A stretch of DNA of 51,095 nucleotides from Candidatus Ventrenecus stercoripullorum (GCA_018712835.1 DVGF01000025.1:1-51095), one strand, 5' to 3'. Positions 38,649-50,049 are shown, numbered from the stretch's first letter. Made by a program: numbers and translations. The notes: generated from the letters alone by a model not told the origin.

Positions 38649-40370
38649 ATGAAAAAAGAATATAAGCGAACTCTTAGTATTATTGTAGTTATTCTTTTAA
38701 TTGTTGTTAATTTTGCTTTCTTTTGGATTGGGTATCAAAGTTTTATGTATCCAAAGCTCAGTGAGTTTTCTATTACAAATGTAGAAAGTGTTGGTGAAGC
38801 ACTTGTTTTAAACGTAACAAGTTCTAATCATGCGACTAAGTATGAAGCAAAGGTGTTAAAAGATGATGAGGTTGTTTATCAAACGACAAGTGACTCTGAG
38901 GCTATTCCTTTAACTAATTTTACGGCAAATTATAATGAGACATTTACTATAGATGTTGTTGCGTACAATAAAAATGATGAGAAAATAAAGAGTACTAATC
39001 AGCTTTTATATACCTATCAAGATGCGACATTTTTAACTACTCAGGACCATTATGTTACAGAAAATCAAGATATGGTTTTGTATTTGGATGGTTATGACTT
39101 TCAAGAGAGTTATACTGTTGAATTGCTTTATAATCAGAATAAAATTTATGAGTGTGAAGTTAATGGAGCAGATATAGTTATTCCTCGTGATGTGGTAGAA
39201 GGTTATTCCGGACGTATTACAGCTCATCTTAAAAATAGTGAGAACCGAATTATTAGTACATTTAATTTTTATTTAAATACACCAGTGGTAGGAAAGCTAA
39301 CTTTGCTTAGTCCTAATGATGGATATCGTACGAGATGGAATGATGTTACTCTCGAATTTTTAGGAGGAGAGAACGCTAATCATTTTTATGCTAATTTGTA
39401 TGTAGGAGATACGCTTGTTAATCGTTTGGAAGTTCCTAAATATGAAAAGTCGGTGGTAATTCCTGCTAGTGCTTTTTCAGAAAATACGGATTATAGAATC
39501 GTGTTAGAAGCAGTGTATGAAGATTATGTGGAGATTGCTGAAACACTTAGTGTGAATGTTAGTATAGGCTCAAAGGAAACAACTAATCCAGTTTATGTAT
39601 CTCATAATCCGACATTTATTCGGGCTGGAACAAAGGTTGAGCTTAAATCTAGAACTAATCATGCGACTATTTATTATACAACTGATGGAAGTGACCCGAC
39701 TACTTCTAGTGCTGTTTATAAAGAACCATTTGTGATACAAGAGAATATGACGATTAAAACGTTTGCAGTCTCTGATAATCGGTATGACTCAGTGATTAAT
39801 ACTTATAATTTTCAAGTACGAGATAAAAATTTAGTAATTTATTTGAGTCCAAGTAACCAGAATGGAAATTATGGAGTAGAGAGTACTGGGTTTACAACTG
39901 AGATGGAAATTATGAACCAGATTGCTGATGTTGTGGAAAGTACTTTAAAAAATAATGGGGTTATTGTGTATCGTAATTATCCTAGTGGGGATATTAATGC
40001 TTGGGTGGCTGCAAGTAACTATGTTCGAGCAGATTTTCATTTGGCAATTCATTCGAATGCTTCTGCTAGTCACGAAGCACGGGGAATTGAAATTTATGTT
40101 GATGATGCACAGTCTAATGCCCTTTCTATCGCGACAAATATTTATAATAATTTGTGGAGTATTTATCCGGGAAATAATGTTTCTACCTATAATCGTGGGG
40201 TAAAATATGCGAATGGGTCACTTGGAGAGGTTAATGATGATTTCTTGCCAACCGGTGCTTTAATTGAAGTTGCTTATCATGATCAGTATGACGATGCGTT
40301 GTGGATTATGCAAAATATTAATACTATTGGAGAAAATATTGCTAATTCCATACTTTCCTATTATAATTAA
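38649..40370 (+). CDS. Membrane-anchored N-acetylmuramoyl-L-alanine amidase (Amidase_3) with Ig/Fn3-associated stalk
   Basis: N-terminal TM; IYYTTDGSDPT; IYLSPSNQ, E, AIHSNA, LIEVAYHD. Confidence 0.85.
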   Translation: MKKEYKRTLSIIVVILLIVVNFAFFWIGYQSFMYPKLSEFSITNVESVGEALVLNVTSSNHATKYEAKVLKDDEVVYQTTSDSEAIPLTNFTANYNETFTIDVVAYNKNDEKIKSTNQLLYTYQDATFLTTQDHYVTENQDMVLYLDGYDFQESYTVELLYNQNKIYECEVNGADIVIPRDVVEGYSGRITAHLKNSENRIISTFNFYLNTPVVGKLTLLSPNDGYRTRWNDVTLEFLGGENANHFYANLYVGDTLVNRLEVPKYEKSVVIPASAFSENTDYRIVLEAVYEDYVEIAETLSVNVSIGSKETTNPVYVSHNPTFIRAGTKVELKSRTNHATIYYTTDGSDPTTSSAVYKEPFVIQENMTIKTFAVSDNRYDSVINTYNFQVRDKNLVIYLSPSNQNGNYGVESTGFTTEMEIMNQIADVVESTLKNNGVIVYRNYPSGDINAWVAASNYVRADFHLAIHSNASASHEARGIEIYVDDAQSNALSIATNIYNNLWSIYPGNNVSTYNRGVKYANGSLGEVNDDFLPTGALIEVAYHDQYDDALWIMQNINTIGENIANSILSYYN

Positions 40371-40390
40371 GGTATAGAAAGAGAGTTGTT

Positions 40391-41392
40391 ATGAAATATA
40401 TTACATTTGCTGTACCATGCTATAACTCAGAAAGTTATATGGAACATTGTATCGAATCTTTGTTAGTTGGAGGGCGTGATGTTGAAATTATCGTAGTAGA
40501 TGATGGAAGCACGGATAATACTGCTAAAATAGCAGATAAGTATGAAAAGAAATATCCCGATATTGTTCGAGCTGTTCATAAGGAAAATGGTGGTCATGGG
40601 TCTGGCGTGAATAAAGGGCTTGAACTTGCTACTGGTCTTTATTATAAAGTTGTTGACTCTGATGACTGGGTAGATGAAGAGTCTTTGAAAAAAGTGCTTG
40701 ATACCATAAAAAAATTAAAGAAAGATAATACTTTAGTGGATATGATGGTTGTCAATTATGTTTATGAAAGACATAATGAACAAAAAGAAATTAAATACGT
40801 GAATACTTTGCCAGAAGGTAAGGTCTTTGGTTGGGACGAAGTAGGTAAGTTTCGAAAAGATGCTTATTTGCTTATGCATTCCGTTATTTATAATACTGAG
40901 TTTTTAAGAAAAACAGGTCTTAAGTTACCAGAGAAGACTTTTTATGTTGATAATATTTTTGTGTATTATCCACTTCCTTATATTAAAACTATGTATTATT
41001 TAAATATTCCTTTTTATCGTTATTTTATTGGAAGAGATGACCAATCTGTCAATGAGAAAACGATGATAAAAAGAATTGACCAACAATTATATGTAAACAA
41101 ATTGATGATTGATTTTTATAATCCTTATGATTATTGGGAAACAAATAAAAATTTAGCAAAGTATTTAATTCATTATATTGATATTATTATGAGTGTTTCT
41201 TCGATATTACTACAAATTTCTAATACGGAAGAACATCAACAAAAAAGAAAAGAATTGTGGGAATATTTGAAAAAGAAGAACCCAAAATTATATAAAACTT
41301 GTAAGTTAAGTGTGTCTGGGGCGACATGCTTACCAAGATTTTTAGCAATTCCAGGGTATAAAGTTGCCCAAAAGATTTATAAATTTAATTAA
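40391..41392 (+). CDS. Glycosyltransferase family 2
   Basis: VPCYN, VDDGSTD, NGGHG, VDSDD. Confidence 0.93.
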   Translation: MKYITFAVPCYNSESYMEHCIESLLVGGRDVEIIVVDDGSTDNTAKIADKYEKKYPDIVRAVHKENGGHGSGVNKGLELATGLYYKVVDSDDWVDEESLKKVLDTIKKLKKDNTLVDMMVVNYVYERHNEQKEIKYVNTLPEGKVFGWDEVGKFRKDAYLLMHSVIYNTEFLRKTGLKLPEKTFYVDNIFVYYPLPYIKTMYYLNIPFYRYFIGRDDQSVNEKTMIKRIDQQLYVNKLMIDFYNPYDYWETNKNLAKYLIHYIDIIMSVSSILLQISNTEEHQQKRKELWEYLKKKNPKLYKTCKLSVSGATCLPRFLAIPGYKVAQKIYKFN

Positions 41393-41416
41393 GTATCTTT
41401 GAAGGGATGAAAAAAC

Positions 41417-41878
41417 ATGGAAGAAAGTATCATTTATTTACCTACACAATGTGAAGATCGTATTCAGATTTGTAGAGTAGTATATGATGCTTTTTTTCTT
41501 GATGAAAAAGTACAGGAATGGAAGAGGGCTTTTCTTTGTCAACCAATCGATTACCATTTTATTCTTTCTAGTTTTGAGAGATTTTCTTATACAGTGTGTT
41601 TGGGAGAATATTTAGAGAAAAGTTATTATCTTTTTAATCATTTTTGTTTTTTTAGAAATTATGTTTGTTATCATGAATTATCTTTGGAATATCAACAAAT
41701 GTATCTTCGTTTTTTAAAAGAGTTTCTAACTTTGTTTTCTTTTGACTATCTTGGTATTGTTACTTGTAACGATTATGAAAGTCGTTTTCCAAAATGTTTG
41801 ATAAGACAAGCGTTTGAAGTACAAAAAATGATTGCTTCTTCTAATCAATTTGTTTTGGCAATGCGGGAACGTTTTTAA
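41417..41878 (+). CDS. Hypothetical protein
   Basis: 153-aa ORF with SD; no motif recognised. Confidence 0.5.
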   Translation: MEESIIYLPTQCEDRIQICRVVYDAFFLDEKVQEWKRAFLCQPIDYHFILSSFERFSYTVCLGEYLEKSYYLFNHFCFFRNYVCYHELSLEYQQMYLRFLKEFLTLFSFDYLGIVTCNDYESRFPKCLIRQAFEVQKMIASSNQFVLAMRERF

Positions 41879-41922
41879 AAATTCTATCTATTTTATCTAA
41901 GGAATGGTATAATGGTCTTAGG

Positions 41923-42672
41923 GTGAGGCGTGTGAAGAAAAGAAATATTGGGAAGCGGATTTGTATAGGGATTGGAATTGTCCTTGTTTTGCTGGCAGTT
42001 CTTTATATTTTGTTTGTTAACTTTATACAAAAGAAGGCTGAGTTGTTAGAACAAGAGTTTTCTCATATTGAAGAAATATCTCAAAGAGGGACCATTGATT
42101 ATGACAGCGTCTATTATTATACTAACCGTACTGTTTTAGATGGAACTTTTGGAGAGATTGAAAGAGCTACTAAAAATTATATTCGTGATGTCTATCAAGA
42201 GGTAGAAGGGCTAGATGCGATTATAAATAGTTCTGATTTTCAGAATTTGCTCACGGTTCCGGTAATTTTGGAAGATGGACCTCTTTTTGTAGAAAGTCAG
42301 GCTTATGTAGAACAAACAAGGAAAGATTTGGAAAAGAAGAAAGATGCAATGATCGCTTTATTAGAGGAAGATAAAATCATGGAATATTATTCTGATGTGC
42401 ACGGTATTTTTTCTGATTTAATTCGTGAGGAGTTAAAAGCATCTGTTCTTTCAGACTTTCAATCTACAAAGGAAGAGATTGAAAATATGATGGCTATGTT
42501 AGATGATTATTTGGTATTAATTTCTAATACGATGTCCTTTTTGACAGAGAATAAAGATAGTTGGGAGTTGGAAGGAGAATATATTTCTTTTGCTACTGAT
42601 GAGCTTTATAATACTTATGAAGCGTTTATTACTAGGATTAATGATTTGTCGTATCAATTAAATTCTATTTAG
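41923..42672 (+). CDS. Membrane-anchored helical hypothetical protein
   Basis: Basic N-terminus plus TM, acidic helical remainder. Confidence 0.65.
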   Translation: MRRVKKRNIGKRICIGIGIVLVLLAVLYILFVNFIQKKAELLEQEFSHIEEISQRGTIDYDSVYYYTNRTVLDGTFGEIERATKNYIRDVYQEVEGLDAIINSSDFQNLLTVPVILEDGPLFVESQAYVEQTRKDLEKKKDAMIALLEEDKIMEYYSDVHGIFSDLIREELKASVLSDFQSTKEEIENMMAMLDDYLVLISNTMSFLTENKDSWELEGEYISFATDELYNTYEAFITRINDLSYQLNSI

Positions 42673-42689
42673 TTAGAAAAGAGGAATTT

Positions 42690-43658
42690 ATGAAATTTTT
42701 TAAGAAGATTGTTTCTGTTTTGATGGTTTTTCTTTTCGTTATTACTAGTGTTTTTCTTACCATTTCTCTTGTTATGAAATGGAATTTACAAGAGGAAAAG
42801 CTTAGTGCGACTCTTAAGGAGGCAGATATTAGTTTTTTGCTTCATTCTTTTGGAGAAGAAGGACAAAGGCTTATCGAAGATACTAGAGGTATGCTTGAGA
42901 CGATAGGAATTCCAAGTGATACGACTTTAGATGTTTTAAATAGTGATGCGACAAAGGATTTTCTTAGTAAATATCTTATTGAAATTTTAAATTATTTTCT
43001 TTATCAAACGCCTGTGCCAGAGGTTACAGCAGAGGATATCAGGGATCTTGTTATCGAGAATTATGAAGTAGTAGAACAATCCTTAGAAGCAAAAGGACTA
43101 ACATTTACTGAAGCTCAGAAGGAATTTATTGAAAATAATTTGGAAAAGTATTCAAAAGTAATTATGGATTTTTTTCCAACTATGAATTTGTTAACGCAGA
43201 AGATTTTAGAGAATGTTACTTTTTATCAAGGATTTAGTTTACAGGATATGATGGGATTTTTAGGATGGCTTACTTCTTGGAAAACTATCTTTATTCTAGG
43301 AATTTGTGATTTGGTGTTCCTTGTTGTTTTATTCTTGTGTAATTTACAGCAAAGAAAGTTTTGGAATTTCTTACAAAAAGCAATGTACGGGTATGTTTTT
43401 CTTTTTATTGCAATAGAGATTTTGCTTAGTACAGTAGTGAAAGAATATATTATGAAAGAAGTTTTAAGTGCTCAGGAATTTACTAATTATATGGTAAATG
43501 CTCTTTGTAAAGATTTATGGATTTTTATTTTTATAGGAATTGTTGTTTTATTCTTTTGTGGACATTTTAAGAAAGGAAGGAAGAAATATGCGTCAATACT
43601 TGATGAATTATACCCAAGAAGTGGAGAAGAAATTAAAAAAGAAAGTAGAAAAAAATGA
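42690..43658 (+). CDS. Hypothetical membrane protein
   Basis: SD gagga; about 4 TM segments. Confidence 0.65.
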   Translation: MKFFKKIVSVLMVFLFVITSVFLTISLVMKWNLQEEKLSATLKEADISFLLHSFGEEGQRLIEDTRGMLETIGIPSDTTLDVLNSDATKDFLSKYLIEILNYFLYQTPVPEVTAEDIRDLVIENYEVVEQSLEAKGLTFTEAQKEFIENNLEKYSKVIMDFFPTMNLLTQKILENVTFYQGFSLQDMMGFLGWLTSWKTIFILGICDLVFLVVLFLCNLQQRKFWNFLQKAMYGYVFLFIAIEILLSTVVKEYIMKEVLSAQEFTNYMVNALCKDLWIFIFIGIVVLFFCGHFKKGRKKYASILDELYPRSGEEIKKESRKK

Positions 43659-43917
43659 TTTGGGAGAATTAGAAGTTAAAATTGCTTTTTTTCAACATGA
43701 GAGACTTATTCATTTGTTAGTTACTTTAGCTTTTGCTATTTTTGCTTTGGTATTTTTAGCACTTGGTATGGTTTCTTATGTCTTTTTAATTATTTTTGCG
43801 ATTTTAATTATTTTTTTACTCTTCTATATTGTTCATTATTTCTTTTTAGAAAATCATGTGCAATATTTATATAAGTTATATGATGAGATGAATGAAAAAG
43901 TAAATAAAAATTCTTAA
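43588..43917 (+). CDS. Small two-TM membrane protein
   Basis: FFQHERLIHLLVT...YIVHYFFLEN.VQ.LY; start after gaaaggaagg. Confidence 0.7.
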   Translation: MRQYLMNYTQEVEKKLKKKVEKNDLGELEVKIAFFQHERLIHLLVTLAFAIFALVFLALGMVSYVFLIIFAILIIFLLFYIVHYFFLENHVQYLYKLYDEMNEKVNKNS

Positions 43918-44064
43918 AAGAGTGGATGAATGGAGTAGTTTTACTTTTTTGTTTGGAAAAAGATAGTCTGTGAGCTTTCTTCTTGGTTATCAATTTCTGT
44001 CAAATAACGCAAAGATGTTTTGCATTATTTTCGTTTCTTTTATATAATTATTATGGTGAAGGAT

Positions 44065-46299
44065 ATGGCAAAGAAAAAGAAAACATCAAGTGAAAATAGT
44101 AAAAGTACTGGTTATAGTGTTGAGTTAACTGGTCTTGTCTTAATTTTAATAGGGCTTATAGGCTTTGGTTTTGGGCCAGTTGGGGCTTTGATTAAGAAAT
44201 TTGCAATGTTTTTAATGGGAGAATGGTGGCCATTTATACTAATTTTTGTACTTATTTGTGGTTTTTATATGTTAATTAAAAGAAAACTTCCAAATTTCTT
44301 TAGTGCAAGGTATATTGGTTTTTATTTATTAGTGATTGTTATTTTGACAATTAGTCATTTGACTTTTGCAACGATGGTGGAGAAGCCTTCTGATATTTTT
44401 CAAGCAACTTTAGATAATTATATGAGTCGTGTTGCAAGTATTGGGGCAAATAATGCTCTTGCAAGTTCTGGTCAACAATCGATTGTGATTGGTGGTGGGA
44501 TTATTGGAGCGGTGACGTCTTTTGCTTTTGACTCTTTGTTTGGTATTAACGGAACATATATTGTGCTTGCTTTTGTAGGGTTGTTTGGTATTGTCTTGCT
44601 CTTTAATGTTAATTTGTCGAATCTACTTAATAATATGATTGGTAAGTTTAAATCTTTCAAGAAGAAGAGCGAGGAAGATCATGAGGAAGATGAAGTAGAA
44701 AAACGTGAGAAAGAACTTGATAGGCGGTTACATCAAGCTGATGAGGAAGAGGAATTACCAAAATCGATTATTGTGAATAGTGTGGAGGAATTGAAACATC
44801 ATGAGCCTTTAAAAGAGGAAGTTATGCCTACGGTTGTTGTTTCTAAAAATCCAAATTATCATTTGCCTCCGATGTCGTTACTTGATAATCCAGAGAAGTC
44901 TAAAAAAGTGAATTCTAATCAGTTTTTGATTAATAATAAACAGAATTTGGAGAGAGTTTTAAATGATTTTCAAATTGCTGGGAAAGTCGTAGATATTCAT
45001 ATGGGACCAAGTGTTACTCAGTTTGAGGTGGTTGTGCCTAGTGGAACAAAGGTCAGTCGTATTAGTTCTATTAATCGTGAGATTGCACTTGCCCTAGCGG
45101 CGAAGGATGTCCGTATTGAGGCACCTATTCCTGGTAAAAGTACGATAGGAATTGAAATTCCTAATCAAGCTATTTCGTCTGTACGAATTAAAGAAATTTT
45201 AGCATCTAAAACAATGTTAGAAGCGAAAGGTGGCCTACAAGTTGCTTTAGGAAAAGATATTATGGGTAATCCAAGATGTACGGATTTAACCAAAATGCCT
45301 CACTTATTAGTAGCTGGTTCTACTGGTTCTGGTAAATCTGTGTGTATTAATAGTATGATTGCTTCTCTTTTGATGCGTTATACACCAGATGAAGTGAAGC
45401 TTGTGTTAGTAGACCCTAAGCAAGTAGAACTTTCTAATTATAATGGAGTGCCACATTTACTTTGTCCAGTCGTAACAGACCCAAAGAAAGCAAGTTTGGT
45501 TCTTCAAAAAGTCGTTTCGGAAATGGATAGACGTTATCACGTGTTTGCCGAGAAGGGGGCTAAAAAGATTGATGATTATAATCGAATGATTGAAAAAGAA
45601 AATCAAAGTCATCCGGATAGTCCGACTCCGAAGATGCATTATATTGTGGTAATTGTCGATGAAATGGCAGATTTGATGATTGTTGCAAAGAAAGAAGTAG
45701 AAGACTCTATTATGAGAATTACTCAACTTGCAAGAGCTGCAGGAATTCATTTAATTGTAGCTACTCAAAGACCTAGTACAGATGTTATTACTGGTGTTGT
45801 TAAAACCAATATTCCATCTCGTATTGCTTTTAGTGTTGCAAGTAACGTAGACTCTAGAACTATCTTGGACTGTGTTGGAGCAGAGAAGTTACTTGGAAAA
45901 GGAGATATGTTATTCCTTCCAATGGGTGAGAATACTCCTATTCGTATTCAAGGATGTTTTATTTCTGATGATGAAATTAGAAGATTAATTGATTATGTTT
46001 GTAAAGAACAGCAGGCTAGTTATGATGAGTCTTTAACAACTACTTTAAGTTCTAGTTCTTCTAGCAGTGGTTCTCCGGGAGATGTAGAAGAATATGATGA
46101 TCCGATGTACAATGAGATTGTAGACTTTGCAATTCAAACTGGTAAGATTAGTGCTTCTTTAATTCAAAGAAGATTTCGATTTGGATATAACAGGGCAGCT
46201 AGAGTTATTGACTTATTAGAGGAAAGAGGAATTATAGGACCTCAAAATGGTTCGAAGCCTCGTGAAGTGTTAGTAAAAGTAAAAGAGCAAGAAGAGTAA
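44065..46299 (+). CDS. ftsK: DNA translocase FtsK/SpoIIIE
   Basis: N-terminal TMs, RIEAPIPGK, PHLLVAGSTGSGKS, ATQRPS, gamma domain GYNRAAR. Confidence 0.97.
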   Translation: MAKKKKTSSENSKSTGYSVELTGLVLILIGLIGFGFGPVGALIKKFAMFLMGEWWPFILIFVLICGFYMLIKRKLPNFFSARYIGFYLLVIVILTISHLTFATMVEKPSDIFQATLDNYMSRVASIGANNALASSGQQSIVIGGGIIGAVTSFAFDSLFGINGTYIVLAFVGLFGIVLLFNVNLSNLLNNMIGKFKSFKKKSEEDHEEDEVEKREKELDRRLHQADEEEELPKSIIVNSVEELKHHEPLKEEVMPTVVVSKNPNYHLPPMSLLDNPEKSKKVNSNQFLINNKQNLERVLNDFQIAGKVVDIHMGPSVTQFEVVVPSGTKVSRISSINREIALALAAKDVRIEAPIPGKSTIGIEIPNQAISSVRIKEILASKTMLEAKGGLQVALGKDIMGNPRCTDLTKMPHLLVAGSTGSGKSVCINSMIASLLMRYTPDEVKLVLVDPKQVELSNYNGVPHLLCPVVTDPKKASLVLQKVVSEMDRRYHVFAEKGAKKIDDYNRMIEKENQSHPDSPTPKMHYIVVIVDEMADLMIVAKKEVEDSIMRITQLARAAGIHLIVATQRPSTDVITGVVKTNIPSRIAFSVASNVDSRTILDCVGAEKLLGKGDMLFLPMGENTPIRIQGCFISDDEIRRLIDYVCKEQQASYDESLTTTLSSSSSSSGSPGDVEEYDDPMYNEIVDFAIQTGKISASLIQRRFRFGYNRAARVIDLLEERGIIGPQNGSKPREVLVKVKEQEE

Positions 46300-46439
46300 A
46301 TTCTTCTTGTTTTAGTTTATTTAGTAAAATTGACAAACTATTTTAAATTCTCCTTTTCTTTTGCTTTTTCAAGTATAAATCTTTACTTTTTCTTAATTCT
46401 TATTTATAATAAACGGTAATGTTTACGGGAGTGAAGTGT

Positions 46440-48755
46440 ATGGCTAAGACGTTACCGGTAATGTTACTCAAGAAATTTGTGTTATTACCTAATCAAGAAG
46501 TGAAATTAGAGCTTAATAATGAACTTTCCCATAAAATTATTGATTTAAGTGAAAATGAATATCAAAATAAGCTTGTGATTGTTTCGCCAAAAGATTCGTT
46601 GGAAGAAGTTCCTTTAGTAGAAGATTTACCGGTTATAGCCGTGGAAGCTAGTATTGTTAAAAGAATTTTATTATCGCCTAATCATGAACGAATTACACTT
46701 GTTGGTAACAGAAGAATTAAAGTTCAAAAATATTTTAATTGCTCTCGTATTCCGGATGCCCTACAGTGTGACTATTATATTCCTCAACTTCCTAAATTGA
46801 ATAATGTTGATGAACTTTCTCATAAAAGGGAATTAATGAAGTTGTTAAAACAATATGTTAAGACTTCTCCTACTATTGATAACTCGATTTTACAAGAGAT
46901 TAATGAAGAAATGTCTTTGGACGAAATGACAGATCGTATGGCTTTTTTCCTTCCTATGCATTTAGATAAAAAGTTGTCTTATGTTGAAGAAATTAATCCT
47001 TTAAAGAGAGCAGATAAGCTCATTGAAGATTTTATTGTTGAATTACAAATTTTAAAATTAGACCAAAAAATTAATGTTGCGGTTCAAAAAGAATTAGAGG
47101 CTAGTCAAAAAGAGTTTGTGTTACGTGAAAGAATTCATGAATTACAAAAAGAGCTTGGGGATAGTGATCAAAAGAATAAAGAAGCAGAGCAGTATTTAGA
47201 AAAGTTGAAATCTTTAGAGTTATCTCATCGAACAAAGCAAAAGATTGAAAAGGAAATTCGTAAATATGAATTTATGAATGAAATGAGTCCGGACCTTTCT
47301 TTTATTCGTAATTATTTAGATACTTTCTTTTCGCTTCCTTGGAATGAAGAGACGATTGAAGCGACGGATTTGAATTATATTAAAAATACTTTGAATAAAA
47401 CACATTATGGATTAAAAGAAGTGAAGGAACGTATTTTAGAATATGCAGCGATGAAACAACGTAATCCAATGCTTAATAGTCCTATTCTTTGTTTGGTAGG
47501 TCCTCCTGGTGTTGGAAAAAGTACGATTGCTTCTTCTATTGCGGCAAGTCTTCATCGAAATTTCTATAAAATCAGTGTTGGAGGCCTTAATGACTCAGCT
47601 GAACTCATTGGACATAGACGAACTTATTTAGGGTCTAGTCCTGGTAAAATTATTCAAGCTTTGCAAAAATGTGGAAGTAAGAACCCTGTGTTACTTATTG
47701 ATGAAGTCGATAAAATGGTAAAGGATTATAAGGGAGACCCTGCAAGTGTATTATTAGATGTGTTAGACCCTAATTTAAATCAAACATTTACGGATGCTTA
47801 TTTAGAAGAACCTTTTGACCTTAGTCATGTGTTGTTTATTTTAACTGCGAATTATAAAGAGGATATTCCGTTAGAACTTCGTGACCGGTTGGAAATCATT
47901 GAACTTTCTAGTTATACTATTTTAGAAAAATCAAAGCTTGCTTTTGATTATCTTTTACCAAGTATTTATTTAGAATACCATTTATCACAGGAGGAAGTTA
48001 CTTTTACAGAAGAAGCAATTGAACATGTTATTTTAAATTATACAAGTGAAGCAGGAGTACGTGATTTAAGAAGAAAATTAGAAACAATTCTTAGAAAAAC
48101 TATTATGGATAGTGTGAAGGATAAAAAGAATTTGCAGTTAGTAATTGATAAGAAGGATATTAAAAAATATTTAGATGAAACTCTTTCTTTTACTTGTTTT
48201 CGTCCAAAGTTACATACAAGTGGACTTGTGAATGGTCTTGCTGTGACTGGCGTTGGTGGAGTTGTGATGCCAATTGAGTCTACTTTGTATGATGGAACAG
48301 GAAAAATCATTATGACTGGTCTTTTAGGTGATGTGATGAAAGAGTCTTTGAATGTTGTAATGAGTTATTTAAAAGCAAATGCTAAGTATTTTCAAATTAA
48401 TGAAAATTATTTTGAACAGAAAGATGTCCATATTCATGTGTTAGAAGGGTCTGTGCCTAAAAATGGACCGAGTGCTGGTGTTGCGATTACGACTAGTTTA
48501 ATTAGTTTGTATACGAACAAGAAAATATCTAGTGATATTGCTATGACAGGAGAGATGACTTTACGGGGAGAAATATTGCCTGTCGGGGGAATTAAAGAGA
48601 AAGTTATCAGTGCTTATAATCAACAAATTCATACGATTTATTTACCGAAAGCAAATGAAATTGATGTAAAAAAAGTTCCAAAAGAAATCCGTGATAGTAT
48701 GCATATTGTGTTTGTAAAACAATATAAAGATATTTATAATTTGTTGTTTCTTTAA
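46440..48755 (+). CDS. lon: Lon protease
   Basis: GPPGVGKS, GHRRTY, GPSAG, GGIKEK. Confidence 0.96.
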   Translation: MAKTLPVMLLKKFVLLPNQEVKLELNNELSHKIIDLSENEYQNKLVIVSPKDSLEEVPLVEDLPVIAVEASIVKRILLSPNHERITLVGNRRIKVQKYFNCSRIPDALQCDYYIPQLPKLNNVDELSHKRELMKLLKQYVKTSPTIDNSILQEINEEMSLDEMTDRMAFFLPMHLDKKLSYVEEINPLKRADKLIEDFIVELQILKLDQKINVAVQKELEASQKEFVLRERIHELQKELGDSDQKNKEAEQYLEKLKSLELSHRTKQKIEKEIRKYEFMNEMSPDLSFIRNYLDTFFSLPWNEETIEATDLNYIKNTLNKTHYGLKEVKERILEYAAMKQRNPMLNSPILCLVGPPGVGKSTIASSIAASLHRNFYKISVGGLNDSAELIGHRRTYLGSSPGKIIQALQKCGSKNPVLLIDEVDKMVKDYKGDPASVLLDVLDPNLNQTFTDAYLEEPFDLSHVLFILTANYKEDIPLELRDRLEIIELSSYTILEKSKLAFDYLLPSIYLEYHLSQEEVTFTEEAIEHVILNYTSEAGVRDLRRKLETILRKTIMDSVKDKKNLQLVIDKKDIKKYLDETLSFTCFRPKLHTSGLVNGLAVTGVGGVVMPIESTLYDGTGKIIMTGLLGDVMKESLNVVMSYLKANAKYFQINENYFEQKDVHIHVLEGSVPKNGPSAGVAITTSLISLYTNKKISSDIAMTGEMTLRGEILPVGGIKEKVISAYNQQIHTIYLPKANEIDVKKVPKEIRDSMHIVFVKQYKDIYNLLFL

Positions 48756-48852
48756 GTTTTGTGATAAAATAAGGTTGTAGTGTGATAAACAACATGCCTA
48801 TATTCATGTTTAAGAATATATTATGAGTAGTAGTTAGGAAAGGAGGGATAGT

Positions 48853-50049
48853 GTGAATTGTGATGATTTTCCAATGTTAAAGAAGGATATTATTTATTTG
48901 GATAATGGAGCAACGACTTTAAAACCACAGTGTGTGATTGATAAAATAAAAGATTATTATGAGAATTATTCTGCGAATACACATCGTGGGGATTATGATA
49001 TTTCTTTTAAAGTAGATCAGGAATATGAAAATACAAGAGAACTCGTTCGGAAGTTTATTCATGCAAAATATAAAGAAGAGATTGTGTTTACTAGTGGGGC
49101 TACACAGAGTTTGAATATGATTGCATTTGGTTTTTTTGGAAAATTTCTAGAGCCTGGTGATGAGATTTTAATTACACAGAGTGAACACGCTTCCAATGTA
49201 CTTCCTTGGTTTGTATTACAAAAAAAGTTAGGGGTTATTGTGCGTTATATTCCGCTTGATAGTAATCATTATGTGACAATAGAGAATGTGCGTGATGCTA
49301 TTACTCCTCATACAAAGGTGATTAGTTTAGCGGGAATTACTAATGTTTTAGGTGATGAGCGTCCAATGGAGGAAATTTGTAAGCTTGCTCATGAAAGAAA
49401 TATCTTTGTGGTGATGGATGCGGCTCAAAGTGTAGGCCATAGAAAAATTGATGTTGAAGAACTAGATGTGGATTTTTTAGCTTTTTCTGGTCATAAAATG
49501 TGTGGACCAACTGGTGTAGGGGTTTTGTATGGAAAAAAGAAACTTTTAGAAGAGATGGAACCTCAAAATTTTGGGGGAGGTATGAATGAGTCTTTTGATA
49601 ATGCAGATGAGATTTATTTAAAAGATCTCCCAACAAGATTAGAGGCAGGAACTCCGAATATTGCTGGTGTGATTGGTCTTGGAGAGGCTATTAAGTATTT
49701 AGATAGTATTGGAATGGAACGTATCGCAGAGTATGAAAAGAATTTAAGAAAGTATGCGATTAATAAGCTTATTGATATTCCATATATTGATATTCTAAAT
49801 CTTGAAAGTGATAGTGGTATTATTTCTTTTAATGTCGATGGAGTATTTTCCCAAGATGTGGCGTACTATTTAAATAAGTATAATTTATGTGTCAGAGCTG
49901 GTAATCATTGTGCAAAGATTTTGAAAGAAGAAGTAGGTGTTTCTAACAGCTTACGAGTTAGCCTTTATTTTTATAATACAGAGAGTGATATTGATGCTTT
50001 GGTAGAGTTATTACGGAATAAAGAAAAGATTATGGAAGAGATGATTTAA
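48853..50049 (+). CDS. sufS: SufS-type cysteine desulfurase
   Basis: YLDNGATT, FSGHKM, EAGTP, RAGNHCA. Confidence 0.93.
   Translation: MNCDDFPMLKKDIIYLDNGATTLKPQCVIDKIKDYYENYSANTHRGDYDISFKVDQEYENTRELVRKFIHAKYKEEIVFTSGATQSLNMIAFGFFGKFLEPGDEILITQSEHASNVLPWFVLQKKLGVIVRYIPLDSNHYVTIENVRDAITPHTKVISLAGITNVLGDERPMEEICKLAHERNIFVVMDAAQSVGHRKIDVEELDVDFLAFSGHKMCGPTGVGVLYGKKKLLEEMEPQNFGGGMNESFDNADEIYLKDLPTRLEAGTPNIAGVIGLGEAIKYLDSIGMERIAEYEKNLRKYAINKLIDIPYIDILNLESDSGIISFNVDGVFSQDVAYYLNKYNLCVRAGNHCAKILKEEVGVSNSLRVSLYFYNTESDIDALVELLRNKEKIMEEMI

Noticed and set aside
43588-43658. 71-bp same-strand overlap of two membrane protein genes
   Set aside because: Most simply a stop-codon shift extending the upstream gene; no sign of programmed recoding.
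44065-46299. FtsK as the T4SS coupling protein (TcpA-like)
   Set aside because: It has the gamma domain and housekeeping context of a chromosomal FtsK/SpoIIIE, 26 kb from virB4.
418-49636. Many 60-127 aa ORFs antisense to or out of frame within long genes (e.g. 5545..5829, 11932..12291, 23289..23672, 34428..34805)
   Set aside because: Shadow ORFs overlapping well-supported genes, with no SD or motifs.
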